From: Naegleria gruberi
Taxonomy: Eukaryota
DNA length: 64,000 nt
Strand: one strand, 5' to 3'
Assembly (NCBI GenBank): GCA_000004985.1
Contig: GG738898.1
Part shown: positions 32,933 through 44,595 of the stretch, piece by piece
How the letters are laid out: every line of letters begins with the position of its first letter
How positions within the stretch are numbered: the stretch's first letter is position 1
Translations under genes and position numbers: made by a program
Notes under the pieces: model-generated
The model's database searches: none
Told to the model about the DNA's origin: nothing
The model's input: only the letters and a program-made list of their open reading frames with translations

Positions 32933-33790
32933 TTACTTGCCAAGGACCTTATTCAACACTTCAAGTGTATGTTTCCACACAATTTCTCTATAGTTTTCGG
33001 TATGATTTTTCGTTACACCCTTTGGCTCACCATACTGATCCAATAAGTAGAAACCCTTCCTAATCTTTTCTTCACTCAATGCAGCATTGAAAGTGTACTC
33101 TGCATACTGTTCAGGAGATCTAGCAAGCATAGTTCCAACATTCCATGCCCATCTCAAAGGAGCCCACAATTCACGTCCCCATTGAGTTGCAATGAATCCA
33201 GGATATTGATGCATGAATGCAATATTCTCATTTCCTTCGTCCCTTGATAGAGAATCCATTGCCAAATCATTGTAAAATCCAGAGGCATCTGCTGCATTTT
33301 TCAATGTATAATTCTGTTTTAAATCCAAATCATCCATATGAGTGTAGGAGTGAATTCCAGCTGACAGGACACTCAGAACTTTGACATTTGAATTTTTGGA
33401 TGTAGATCTCAATAAATCCTGTAATTGTCTAATGAACAACATTCTTCCATAATAATGGAGTGCAAGTTTAAATTCAAGACCTTCCTTAGTTTCTGTTCTT
33501 GCTCCCATATTTGCAATTCCTTGAGTGAGCACACAATAATCCAAACGATCATGATTTTTCTTGTACTCCTCACAAACTCTCTCAATGTCCTTCATAAGTG
33601 TTGCATCTACACTAATCATCTCAAATTTACCTTGGGGATTTAACTTTTGCATTTCCTCAATAATTTCCTTCCCTGCCTGCTCACTTCTTCCCATGATGGA
33701 AACATTGATCTTTTGTGAGGCCAATTTAATAGCGAGAGCTCTTCCGATACCAGAGGTTCCTCCCACACAGAGTGCTTGTTTAGTGGCCAT
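32933..33790 (-). CDS. Short-chain dehydrogenase/reductase family oxidoreductase
   Basis: The N-terminus MATKQALCVGGTSGIGRALAIKLASQKINVSIMGRS is a classical TGxxxGxG Rossmann motif. The ORF is 285 aa. Confidence 0.8.
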   Translation of the reverse strand: MATKQALCVGGTSGIGRALAIKLASQKINVSIMGRSEQAGKEIIEEMQKLNPQGKFEMISVDATLMKDIERVCEEYKKNHDRLDYCVLTQGIANMGARTETKEGLEFKLALHYYGRMLFIRQLQDLLRSTSKNSNVKVLSVLSAGIHSYTHMDDLDLKQNYTLKNAADASGFYNDLAMDSLSRDEGNENIAFMHQYPGFIATQWGRELWAPLRWAWNVGTMLARSPEQYAEYTFNAALSEEKIRKGFYLLDQYGEPKGVTKNHTENYREIVWKHTLEVLNKVLGK

Positions 33791-34125
33791 TGTGTTTTCT
33801 TGTTGAATGTTGTCTCGTTTTTTTGTATTATAAAGTATGTGTGCTGAGATAATTTACATTTTGAAACACTACAAATTAATGCGTGCGCGCAAGATTAGGC
33901 AAAAGCAAGGAAAGAAAATGCGTACGAGCATAATCAAATCAATTTGATGGTATTATCAAATATTGAGAAGTATTTCCTCACTTCAGCTATTGTTCAATAT
34001 AGAATTCTATATTTCTTTTTTACAACATTCAAAATCTTTTTCTCCACAGAATACAATACATTACTTATTTCCACACCAACAGTTTCTCCTTCAATTAGTT
34101 TTTGTTCTGATAATCTCAATTAAAC

Positions 34126-35031
34126 CTACTTGTCCAATTGATTAAAATAGTCATCAATCCGTTCATAGGAATTCTCAATGCACCTTGAATAGGCATCATT
34201 ATCCAACAAGCACTTGTCAAACTCTGAATTGAGATTCTTTTCAAAGCAGGTTTGAATTTGTTTGGCACACATTAAACTTCCAATACATGCTTCACACATT
34301 TTACGATTTACAATTCTGTCACTTTCTAGCCATACTTCCCTATCCAATTCTGGTAAGCAATCTCTTTCCACTTGTTTTATCAATTCAGTTCCGTAATCTT
34401 GTTTTCCATTTAGAGCTAGTTGAGATGAATCATAGAAATATTTGAAAGCAATTTTAGGTGGTGACAAGTAAATCTTCTTTGCATTATTAAATAATTGAGA
34501 TACACACTTAGAATTATGCAGTGTCATGTACGAATTGACCAAACTCCTCATTTCCAACGAACGTACTTCCTCTGCATATTCATCATTAAATGGTTTATCA
34601 TCATTTCCTTTGTTTAACTTCATCAAATTAACAAACTTTTCCCAAGTTTCACCTTCAAGACAATCCCAATTTGCCACTTCTTTCCCCACACTCTCAAATT
34701 CCTTCGGAGATAAATCCAATATTTTCTCTCTATTACTCCACGATTTAAAAGCAATTCCAAATTCACTATTCATTGAATGAACAACACATGATTTTAGCAA
34801 AAAGTATAAAATCTCCAACTTGGCTCCATTATTATTTGTATTATTAATTGTATTATTTAATTCTGATGATGATGCTTGTGAAGAATTTAATTGTGAAAGT
34901 TTGTTAAAAAGAGGATTGCATGGGCTGCTTGTGTTTTGCTCGCCATGATTAGTGGATGATAATGCGAATAGCATTTTAAATGTGATACGAGCATCAGTGT
35001 GTGCTTGATTATTTGTTGACATTTTTTTCAA
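34126..35031 (-). CDS. Hypothetical protein (301 aa)
   Basis: An uninterrupted ORF with no recognisable domain. Confidence 0.45.
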   Translation of the reverse strand: MKKMSTNNQAHTDARITFKMLFALSSTNHGEQNTSSPCNPLFNKLSQLNSSQASSSELNNTINNTNNNGAKLEILYFLLKSCVVHSMNSEFGIAFKSWSNREKILDLSPKEFESVGKEVANWDCLEGETWEKFVNLMKLNKGNDDKPFNDEYAEEVRSLEMRSLVNSYMTLHNSKCVSQLFNNAKKIYLSPPKIAFKYFYDSSQLALNGKQDYGTELIKQVERDCLPELDREVWLESDRIVNRKMCEACIGSLMCAKQIQTCFEKNLNSEFDKCLLDNDAYSRCIENSYERIDDYFNQLDK

Positions 35032-35441
35032 TATTTATTGTAAAGATTGAATTACATTTATTGTAATCTTTTATTCTTATGGATTCTGTAACAGTTTGTG
35101 AGCGTCATTAAGAATTAGAAATATTGGTGTGATAATTTTTGAAAACAATCAACACAGTATGGTAAAAACTCAGTTGGAGTGTTTGGAACCAAAAATGATT
35201 AACAATTCACCTATTCCATTATGAAACAAAATTGAAACGTTTCATTTTAGTCAACTATCCATTTTCACTCAACGAATTTCCCAATCCAACATAAAATCCA
35301 CAACAGTTGTTCCTTTTTTGTTAATTTTACATTTATAAACAAACTTTAGTACACAAAACACAATCTTTCAAACATATAAATACCCAACAAACTTCATCCT
35401 CATTCAAATTCAATTCACACATAAAAAACAACTCAAAAACA

Positions 35442-35876
35442 ATGAACAAATTCATCGCTGCTCTGGTAGCAACTCTACTCTTGGCTTCTTGCTTGGTCAA
35501 CTGTCAATACAGCAACAATTATGGTACTAATTATGGTACATCAGGGGGTTCAGGTTCTAACTATGGAGTCACTGGAGGAAATTACAATCAATATGGACAA
35601 AATACTCAATCCTATTTGAATCAAGTGAATGCAGTCAATTCAAATCCATACTCAAGTTATGGATCTTCATATACAGGACCAAGTAGTTATGGAACTAATT
35701 ATGGAAGTGCCTATTCAATGCCATTCTATGGTGGATACGGAGGAGGATATGGAATTCCATGTTATGGTGGATATGGTGGAGGTGTTCCATTCTACGGTGG
35801 ATACGGTGGTTATGGATATGGTGGTTATGGTGGATATGGTGGTGTGGGTTGTGTTGGAGGTGTTAGATGGTGTTAA
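35442..35876 (+). CDS. Secreted Gly/Tyr-rich low-complexity protein
   Basis: The signal peptide is MNKFIAALVATLLLASCLVNC. It is followed by NYG/SYG/GYGG repeats, ending GYGGYGGYGGVGCVGGVRWC. Confidence 0.6.
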   Translation: MNKFIAALVATLLLASCLVNCQYSNNYGTNYGTSGGSGSNYGVTGGNYNQYGQNTQSYLNQVNAVNSNPYSSYGSSYTGPSSYGTNYGSAYSMPFYGGYGGGYGIPCYGGYGGGVPFYGGYGGYGYGGYGGYGGVGCVGGVRWC

Positions 35877-36058
35877 GATCCAAAGAGTGGATGTTTTTCA
35901 TTCACATCCTTAATTTAGTGTTAATATTTAGTGTTTTAATATTTCTAGAGTGAATAAAAATTGATTAAATTTGTTTAAAATATTGTAGAGCTATCTTATT
36001 CGCGTTTGTTTAGGTTACGTTGTAATGAAAAGTTGTCAAATGTCCAAGATCAAAAAAA

Positions 36059-36790
36059 ATGCCATTATTTAAAAGTATTTGTGGAGCTGGTGATGCTGTC
36101 GATGATTTGAAAATGGTGAGAGAACCACCACTTCTGATCAGAGAGTTGTTGATTCATATTGGAAAATTCATGCTGGTCCGAGATTTATTCCACTTTTCAT
36201 GTTGCAATTCCTATTTATTAGAATTGTTTTTTGATCCGAAAGATTATAAGAAACTGTCGAAAGAAAAAAGAAGATTGATAAAGAAAAATCAACTAAATTA
36301 CAAATCAGAACTATTAATTCAAGAATATTCAAAGGAAGAACGAAATGATTTTTCACAAATTCAGTTGGAAATTTGGAAACGTTTAGTTTGTTTCTATTTT
36401 CCATCATTTGATTCGAATTTGAATGTTAAAAATTGGCTGCATGTGATGAGAAGGCGAGTAGAGCACATTACATTGTACAAACCAAGTGCTCTTCCGCTCA
36501 ACCCTGAAGTATCATGCACAGTAGATTTCTCAGTATTTAACAAATTTTTAGAACAAGGACATTTGGATAATTACATGTTGAATGATTCAACTTTTGTGGC
36601 AAATTGTGAATGGATCTATAAGTGCCCTCTGAATTTTTCTCAATTAATGTACTCTGACAGTTTTTTCTGTAAGGAATGTAATAAGAAGGTCTATAGAGTG
36701 AGCTCAGTTGAGGAGTTGAAGGAAAAGAGTGCTTTGGGACAGTGTATTGCATTTGGGGTAGAAGAGCAATTTTATGGAGGATTGATGTAA
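36059..36790 (+). CDS. F-box-like hypothetical protein
   Basis: A 243-aa ORF. The N-terminal PPLLIRELLIHIGKFMLVRDLFHFSCCNSYL is F-box-like. The C-terminal region is Cys-rich (CKECNKKVYRV). Confidence 0.5.
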   Translation: MPLFKSICGAGDAVDDLKMVREPPLLIRELLIHIGKFMLVRDLFHFSCCNSYLLELFFDPKDYKKLSKEKRRLIKKNQLNYKSELLIQEYSKEERNDFSQIQLEIWKRLVCFYFPSFDSNLNVKNWLHVMRRRVEHITLYKPSALPLNPEVSCTVDFSVFNKFLEQGHLDNYMLNDSTFVANCEWIYKCPLNFSQLMYSDSFFCKECNKKVYRVSSVEELKEKSALGQCIAFGVEEQFYGGLM

Positions 36791-36920
36791 TATTTCCAAC
36801 TTGTCCTTAGTGTAAAGTGGTCATTTAAATGGAAAAATAAAATATCATAAATTAAAATGGATTGGGTACCAGTAATTACAACAACCAGTGAGAATGAATA
36901 CCATGATTTAAAAGGAAACG

Positions 36921-36991
36921 GGGACCAGTGGGAATCGAACCCACGGCCTCTCGCACCCAAAGCGAGAATCATACCACTAGACCATGGTCCC
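36921..36991 (-). tRNA. tRNA-Pro (anticodon TGG)
   Basis: The reverse complement GGGACCATGGTCTAGTGGTATGATTCTCGCTTTGGGTGCGAGAGGCCGTGGGTTCGATTCCCACTGGTCCC plus the discriminator C forms a canonical cloverleaf. The anticodon loop is CTTTGGG, and the T-arm is CGTGGG-TTCGATT-CCCAC. Confidence 0.9.
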
Positions 36992-37117
36992 TAACATTAA
37001 ATGTCCATTTTATTTAAAATTCCAGCCTGTAACCGCCAAGTAGTTGAATAAGGTTTTGGACTAGGTCATTATTATCCACGTTTTAAGATATTTGCTTTTT
37101 AAATATTGTAACTACGG

Positions 37118-39305
37118 TTAATAATCAAAGCTCTCAATTAAAATATTCATGGCTGGAACTTTCAACTCTTTCAATATTTCTATCAAACTTTCATTGAATG
37201 GAGTCGGTCCACAAACGTAAACAACCCTTTCCTCAACATCTTTCACCAATTCACTCAACAATTTCATGTCCAATCTTTGGCACTTCACATCTTCCATTGA
37301 AACATCTTGCATTCTTGTAACACAATAATTCAATTGATTGATAATTCCCTTTTCCTTGTACTGATCCAACTCTGACTTGAATGGAATGTCATTTACAAAC
37401 TTTTCACTATGAATCCATTGAATATGAGGTGCATCTTTGATATCGAGAATGGAGTCTTGAATACTGTGAAAAGTTCCACGAATCATGGACATGAATGGAG
37501 TGATTCCGATTCCGCCACTCAGGAAGAGAACTTTCCATTGTAGATTGGAAGAAGTTTCTTGAGATTTCTTTAAGGCGACATGATAGGAAGTTTGAAGTGT
37601 AAAGTTTCCTTCAATTCCCATTAGAAATAGCTTTGTTTCACCTATTTTTGCATCTTGATGAAGCCATGAACTAGTTTTACCCAAACTAATCTTCTTGACC
37701 GATATTTCAAAGTTATTCGTTTCATTGGAAGGTCCACTTTCAATATTCCCATCTTTGGAAGGAGGAATAAGATACATGGCAGACGAAACTGTCCAACTTC
37801 TCATATAAGGATGATCTAAAGAGAGTGTAAATGTAGCATATTGTCCAGGAAGATAGGTAATATTTCTATGACCTTCCAAAATCTCAAATCCAAATGAGGA
37901 AATTTCATCAGTTATTTTTTTCACACTCACCAACTTGGCATGAACAATTTCTCCCAAATGTTTCTCCTTCATTAGTGGGGCTACATTGAAAACTTCCTTC
38001 CTGGATGGATTTAAACTTTCCAAATCATTGGAATCATTCAAGAGTGGATTGTGTGAAGACATGGATATGAAATCCCATTTGAAAGGACATTGATGATTAG
38101 AAACTTTCCACTTTTCAACCTTGAAAACAACTGTACGATCACTACCATCGAATCCGCTTCCTGGTTCTTCCCTCCATGTTACTTGAATATTGCCAGTCAA
38201 TTGGAGAATATGTCCATGATCAAAGTCAATAAAGAGTAAACCAGCAGAGGAGCAATTCTCTGTGTTTCCTAATGTTTGAAACATACCCTTTCCAACATAA
38301 TCACCCCATACTAGAGTGTCTCTGTCAATGATTCTGATAAAGCCAGGTCTTCCTCCTCGATGAGAACCTTAAATAGTTTGAATTGGTAAAGATTCGAATA
38401 GATGAAATAAACTTACAATCAGCTCCTTTTTCTGGGTGTACAGTAGAAATCATCATCGTATCTGCTCCCAGTATGAACTTGATAACATTTTCTGGCATTC
38501 CACCAGTTGAGAAATTATTATAATCTCTAGTTGACTTGCTCCATTCCTCAAATCCAATAATCGATTGAACAGCCCTCTGTTGAATATACTTTGGACAAGT
38601 AGAAAACGCTTCCCTAACCCTAATAGAAAACCCATCTCCACTCAATGGCTCTATAATCTCACCATTCGTTCTGTATCTCTTCCTCGAACATAAATCAAGG
38701 AAATTAATACTCACCAATGAGCCAAGTTGTGAACAAGTTTTCCACATTGGATCATTTTCATTGGGAGATTTGAGAATTTTGATGATTGTACCGTCCTTAC
38801 TAATCTTAATAAGTTGATTGAAATGGGACAAGTCGACCCGTTCGTGATGTTTCGAATTGAGATCTTGAGCACTTGAAACATTGCATGGATCATATAAGGA
38901 ACAGATTAATCGAGAGGTTTGTAATTCTTCTACGGAGGTGGAAACTTGAGCATTTAAGGGAATCCATGGAGAGTCCTTCTCTTGCTCATAGGAAGTCAAC
39001 TCATCTGATTCCAAAGTTGACTGTTTCGAATACATTTCATGTTGTTTAGGAGTTGCCCAAATCGATGAGCACCAACACTCATTAGTTTCCTTATCAAACG
39101 AAGCCACAAACACAACAAATCGTTCCATTAGAAATGAATGAAATTCCTCTGGGACATGATTCGTAATTTTTCTGCTACCCAAATGATTGGCAAACTCGAG
39201 AGTGTGAGCTTTTCTTTGGAAATCCAATTCTCCTTCGTGAAAAACTGATTTTTCTAAAGGTTTCGGTTGAGAAGTGGGTTGGTTAGATGTTGGTTGAGTG
39301 GACAT
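37118..39305 (-). CDS. Two-domain oxidoreductase with an N-terminal PNPOx-like FMN-binding split-barrel region and a C-terminal ferredoxin-reductase-type FAD/NAD(P)-binding module. It has 2 exons with a 49-nt intron at 38368..38416.
   Basis: Exon 1 (39305..38417) ends ...HPEKGAD + T, with the donor GTAAGT at 38416. The acceptor is TTTAAG at 38368. Exon 2 (38367..37118) starts GT to give Cys, then SHRGGRPGFIRIIDRDTLVWGDYVGKGMFQTL... The FNR-type motifs are RSWTVSS (R.YS FAD-binding) and VLFLSGGIGITPFMSMI (GG.G.TP NAD-binding). The N-terminal FLMERFVVFVASFDKETNECW resembles the PNPOx-like barrel. Confidence 0.7.
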
Positions 39306-39620
39306 TTTTTTTACTTCATGATTTCGAATAGAAATTAAAAAGGATTATTTTAAAAATTGTAAATAGCCATGTTTGGTGAGTAGCTAAAATGAAAAGATTT
39401 AAATTGATGATGAAAATCAACCAGTTGATTGTAATCTTCAATGAAATTCAATTTTATTAAAATACTTTACAATGCGAATTTTTTGTGGAAATTTGTTTTT
39501 CATTTCCAAAAAAATGTACAAAAGTAATCAGCAGCTCGTGGACTGGTTGTCGAATCAGCAGTATTTTCCTTCGTTACTCTTGCATAGTAAGTTTGATCAC
39601 ACTTTCGAATAATATTTAGC

Positions 39621-40291
39621 TTGAATTTATTAGAAATTCGGGAGAGTGGTTGTGATGAAGAAACAATATTAAACACAGATTCACAATTTTTACTTGGAAG
39701 AATGTTTGAAAGTGGATATCTAGTAGAAAAATCCATGAAGAAAGCAAACGAATGGTATTCTAAAGCATTACAATCATTTGTTAAACCTGAAAATGAAAAC
39801 CAACCTCACATTCAGTACTATTTAGGAAATATGTGTTACAAAGGAATCATCTTGAAACAATCATATGAAAGGGCATTTAAATGGTTTCAAAAAGCAGCAA
39901 ATGGAAATCATGGAAAATCAATTTACAATTTAGGATTAATGTACTATTTTGGATTGAGAAATCTTATGAAAATGCAGTTGAATATTTTGAAAAAGCTTGT
40001 AATTTTGGAATGTACACAATGTCAAAGTATTACTTGAGTCACATGTATCAGAAAGGTTTAGGTGTGCCAATTTCGAATGAGAAATCGTTACAATTACTTT
40101 ATGAATCAGCGAGTCATGGGTTTGTGCATTCACAACTTCGTTTAGGACCTCGTTATAAGAATGGAGAGGGCATTGAGCAATCTTTCGAATTCTTTCAAAA
40201 ATCTGCCAATCAAGACCATATACAAGCTCAAACCGAGTCGGGAATAATGTTTTATCATGGACAAGGCGTTTTGAGATTATTGAACCACTAA
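39621..40291 (+). CDS. Sel1-like repeat protein interrupted by a 1-nt frameshift near 39950-39960
   Basis: ORF 39621..40037 (...ANEWYSKALQS...SIYNLGLMYYFG) and ORF 39881..40291 in the other frame (IEKSYENAVEYFEKACNFG...HSQLRLGPRYKNGEGIEQSFEFFQKSANQDHIQAQ) together form a continuous Sel1 repeat array. Continuity requires one extra base after ...TATTTTGG. Confidence 0.6.
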
Positions 40292-40343
40292 CTGAAGTAA
40301 CTAAACCCAATATGAAAAAATTCAATTTATTGTACAATAAACT

Positions 40344-41564
40344 TTACATCATTGATTCATTCAATTGTTTCATCAGTTCATCCAAATCTTGATTTTCAAC
40401 ATTTACCAATTCCTTCTCATCAACCTTCTTATTGTGATGTTCGTATTGATATTCGAGACCGTGTGATAAATCTTCATGACGATGAGCATGTGAGTGAATG
40501 TCAATATCTTCAACTTCATCAGCAACAATTTCAATACCCCATTCATTTTCTGTGTGAACAATCTTCTTTTCATCAGCTTGTTCCTTATCTTCTTCATCGA
40601 GATCCAAGTCGAGTAAACCTTCTTCCTTCAATTTGGCAATTTCAGTTTGTCTCTTGAGACACATTGGATTGGAACATTGAGGATTTGGACGAACCTTCAT
40701 GGTTGGGAAATAATCATTAATGGCACTATAACCCAAGTAATAGCTAATCTTACCAAATCTCAACAAGTATTTCAATACAGATTGAACCAATAAACCAGCA
40801 GTAATACCCATAGTTGTTGGTAAACTGGCAGCACAAACACCTTCACGTTTAACTTGCTTAACACCACTTGCAACAACCAATGGTGGAGCACATTCATAAC
40901 AAGCAGTGAGACCAGGAACCATGAATTGAATGTGACCACTGACAGCATCTTCACTGACTCCACTTTCCATCCATCTAATATTCAATTCATTACAAGCTCT
41001 ATTAATTGCAACTCTAGCTTCAAAATTATCAACACATGACAATACTAAATCAACCTTTCCATTTGTTAATAAATTTCCAGTATTAATTGTATTCATAAAA
41101 GTATCAAAATTGTCCAAAGAAGTAATATTATATGAACATGTTTCAAAAACAACATCAGGATTAATCTTTGAAAGAGTTTCCTTTGAAGCATCCACCTTTG
41201 TCATACCAACTTGATCCGGAGTGAAGAACAAACGATTCATATTAGCAAGAGAGACAATATCAAAATCGAACAAGATTAATTTACCAATACCACATCTTGT
41301 TAACATTTCGCAAACAACAGCACCAACACCTCCCAATCCAACAACAGCCACAGTAAATTCTCTGATTTTTTCATAATTCTTAACAATACCCATCGATGAG
41401 AGAGCCATCAATCTAGAGTATGGATTATCGTCCTTAACTTCGGAAGAAATGACAGAAATTTTCTCTCGGATCACTTTTTGTTGTTGATTTTGAAGTTGAT
41501 TCTTCAGAGAGGCTACTTCCTCTTCCAATTGTTTGATACGTTCTTCCGATTGTTGTTGACTCAT
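40344..41564 (-). CDS. UBA5: Ubiquitin-like modifier-activating enzyme 5 (UFM1-activating E1)
   Basis: A 406-aa ORF that is collinear with UBA5. Matching blocks include [68 protein letters not shown], then [44 protein letters not shown], then the catalytic CxxC block [19 protein letters not shown], and then [15 protein letters not shown]...FYLGY...[12 protein letters not shown]. Confidence 0.95.
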   Translation of the reverse strand: MSQQQSEERIKQLEEEVASLKNQLQNQQQKVIREKISVISSEVKDDNPYSRLMALSSMGIVKNYEKIREFTVAVVGLGGVGAVVCEMLTRCGIGKLILFDFDIVSLANMNRLFFTPDQVGMTKVDASKETLSKINPDVVFETCSYNITSLDNFDTFMNTINTGNLLTNGKVDLVLSCVDNFEARVAINRACNELNIRWMESGVSEDAVSGHIQFMVPGLTACYECAPPLVVASGVKQVKREGVCAASLPTTMGITAGLLVQSVLKYLLRFGKISYYLGYSAINDYFPTMKVRPNPQCSNPMCLKRQTEIAKLKEEGLLDLDLDEEDKEQADEKKIVHTENEWGIEIVADEVEDIDIHSHAHRHEDLSHGLEYQYEHHNKKVDEKELVNVENQDLDELMKQLNESMM

Positions 41565-41748
41565 TTTTTTAATATTATATTATTATTATTAGATTAAATA
41601 ATTTAATGACGTCATGTTTTTTTGAAAATTGAGAGCTCTGTTTTGTAATGTACAAAGAGGTGAATGTGTGTTGTTTTGAATGAAATGATTTCAAATTGGT
41701 AGTAGACCTATTTCACTCACTGGTGGAGGTTGGAGGTTCAGATGAGAT

Positions 41749-43937
41749 CTATCTATCTGGGAATTCAGGAGAGTAGGTGCCTGTGAAAAGATGAGAATTG
41801 TGGATGGTGTGATCGATAAGTTTTCCATTCTTGTCTACTTGAGAGAATGGACAAATGGTTTCTCCCCTCTCGTTTTCTAATGGTTTTGTTAGTTCCTTAT
41901 TATTGGTAGATGCTTCATTTCGTAGCCAGAATGCTCTGTCAAAAGCTTTCAGCAGCATGTGATCAGTTTGTTCCTGAATGTTTTGTTCAAAGTACATGAT
42001 TCCTCCTTCCTTTTCAATAACATAGACAAACTCGTCCAATAATTTGTGGGATGGGAAGGAAATGTCTTTCTGCTTGACAAGATCTTTCAGTTCCTTACTG
42101 GCATGTTTAGAATTTGTGATTAATTTTCGTTTCTTATCATCGACAAAATAGGTCATTTCACAAACACCGTTTTGTTTCAATCTATCAAGATACTTCTTGA
42201 CAGATCCTGAAACTCTATCAAAGAATCCTTCTGATAATCCCAATTTTGATAAAATATCCATTACAAAATGTTGACAATTTGCCTTTCTATTGTCATATGT
42301 CTTTGTACCATTCCATTCACAAACAACCTCGGATATAATTTTGAATGCATCTGTAATTTCTTTTTGATCTCTAAATGTATGAATATCTGCAACAAAAACA
42401 GCCTTACTACTACTCTTCTTTCTTACTGTGGCAATACTAGAGTCGCAAAACTCAATGTAAAATTCACCGACAATAAGCGCAGAGTGGTACATGCCAAATT
42501 GTTGATCCTTCAAGGCTCCAACAGTACTACCAAGTCTTCTGATAATTCTGTGAGCTGTGGAAGTACTCATTTCAGTAATAACCAGCTTTACCTTTAATCC
42601 CAATTTGGATGGATGGACTGGTCTGTCCACTCTATCTGGATTGAAATATTTATATCTGAATCTATCTGGAATGACACAATCTTGGGCTACAAGTTCGTGT
42701 AATTTTGGAGCTATTGGAGATCTTAAATTTTGAATTTTCTTCAAGCAATAGTTTCTTCTATCAATTTCTACTGGAGTCAGTTTCTTGTCAGGGAATGGTG
42801 CACATCTCTTTGGTTTTTTCTTTTTTCTCTTATCATCCTCTGGTACAGAAGTACTTGATGGAACTGATTTAAATTCTGTTGCTCTTGAAGCAAAGTACCC
42901 AGATGATTGAGGTTGATATTGTGGAATGTAAGATCCATAGCTAATCTTTGAATCATAATTCAGAGAAGTAGACAACTTGTCCAGATCTGTATAGAAACTT
43001 GTTGAAAGGGCTGGTTCTTCAGCAATCTCTGGAACATAAAAGCTTATTTTAGGTCCATTCATTTCCATAGCGGTACTCGAGCTAGATGGTGATGTGCTCA
43101 TGAGTGCTCTATAGTTAACATCTTCAATGTTATTCTGAATGGATTTATAATATTTGGCCTCTTCATCTTCTTCACCAACAGCGTATAAAAGATCCATGGT
43201 CAACTCCACATCATCTCTTGATGGTCTATCTTCCATGTTAATATTAAGTGATCCAGCACTGGTTGTGCTCTGAGAGTTTGACATATTTGGGGTAGATGGA
43301 TTTACAGAGGATGGAACTGAAGAAAGAAGGGAGCTTTGATTACTTTTTGTGTTATTATTACCATCAATATCAATGCTGATCGATGGTTTAGAAAAGTCTA
43401 TTACTGATGAAGAGTCACTTGGTGTTGATGAAACAGAGGACGACTCTAAAGTTTCCAATCGCTTGTTATTCGAAGGTGTCAGAATATATGGATTTTTAAC
43501 AGTATTGCCAACCTTTGGTATCTGTTTGATAGAGAGAACAGGTGGTGTCTCCCCTTTTAATTTATCAATTGGTGGTTCTCCGTGTTCCATAACATTATCA
43601 ATCCTGAGCTTATCCACAAATAACATAAAAACATTTGCTTGTCTTTCCTTGATTTTTAAATCATTAACACACTTTTCCAAAGTAAGTACATATAATTGTA
43701 TTCCTCCAAAATCTGATTTCTTTTCGACGGCTATTTATGATGATCAAATTGATTATTAATAAAATTGTTTTTTAGTTCATCATATTACTTACCCTTGATG
43801 ACATCGGTATGGATGCAAGAACTTCTCATCCATTGTAGAACCATCTTGTGATTCCATTCACAAATTGGATAGCTCTCCACCGAAGGACTTACACTAGAAC
43901 CTGAAGCCGTCGAATTCTTCTTTACGAAACTCAACAT
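41749..43937 (-). CDS. SAM-domain protein with a large C-terminal region of unknown function. It has 2 exons with a 59-nt intron at 43734..43792.
   Basis: The upstream exon (43937..43793) reads MLSFVKKNSTASGSSVSPSVESYPICEWNHKMVLQWMRSSCIHTDVIK + G, with the donor GTAAGT at 43792. The acceptor is AAATAG at 43734. Exon 2 (43730..41749) starts CC to give Ala, then VEKKSDFGGIQLYVLTLEKCVNDLKIKERQANVFMLFVDKL..., which completes a SAM-like helix bundle (W..e.V..W......idG..LL.Lt.edL..LgI). The ATG at 43937 is preceded by an in-frame TAA. Confidence 0.65.
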
Positions 43938-44595
43938 GGCTGGGTCTTGTGATGTTGGTGATACTAATAATATTTCTTTTTTTTACCCTGATATTGTTGT
44001 CGCTCCTATTCTTCTGATTCAACTCCAAAGAGTCTGTTTCAAGCTTGAATGAGATGTAATAATAATAATAAATATTATTAAATTATTAAATTAGTATTAT
44101 CCAAATGGAAAAGAAGTCTTATCAATAAACTACAGTGCTAATCCAAATTTTTGATGATTTGTTTTCTTTTGTGCTATTGATGAGAATTGAAGGGAGTTGG
44201 AAGAACACCGTGATTATAATCAAAAACAACAAAAATATATGAAGTGGTGATAAACACCTAACTAGCTGATGAGGCGATGAAACACACTTTAAAATTGATT
44301 GCTCTCTCACCAATAACAAAGAAGAACAATAAAGAGTTAGACCTCGCTCTGTTGATGATGATTTTTTTCACTCAATTGCCCGAAAATCCTGTTGTTTTTA
44401 TTACTGCAAAAACTTATCAAGATTCCAAATTTATGAATTTATTAAGGAGCACCATAAGAAATGGATCTTCCGAATATTGAATGAATATGTCATTCTGTGG
44501 AGATGCTTCGTACTTTTGAAAATGCACAAGTTTTGGAATAGAGAGTTAGATGATGTACAGTTAGAGAGGTTGTTGAGCTGGCCTGCAGTACTACA

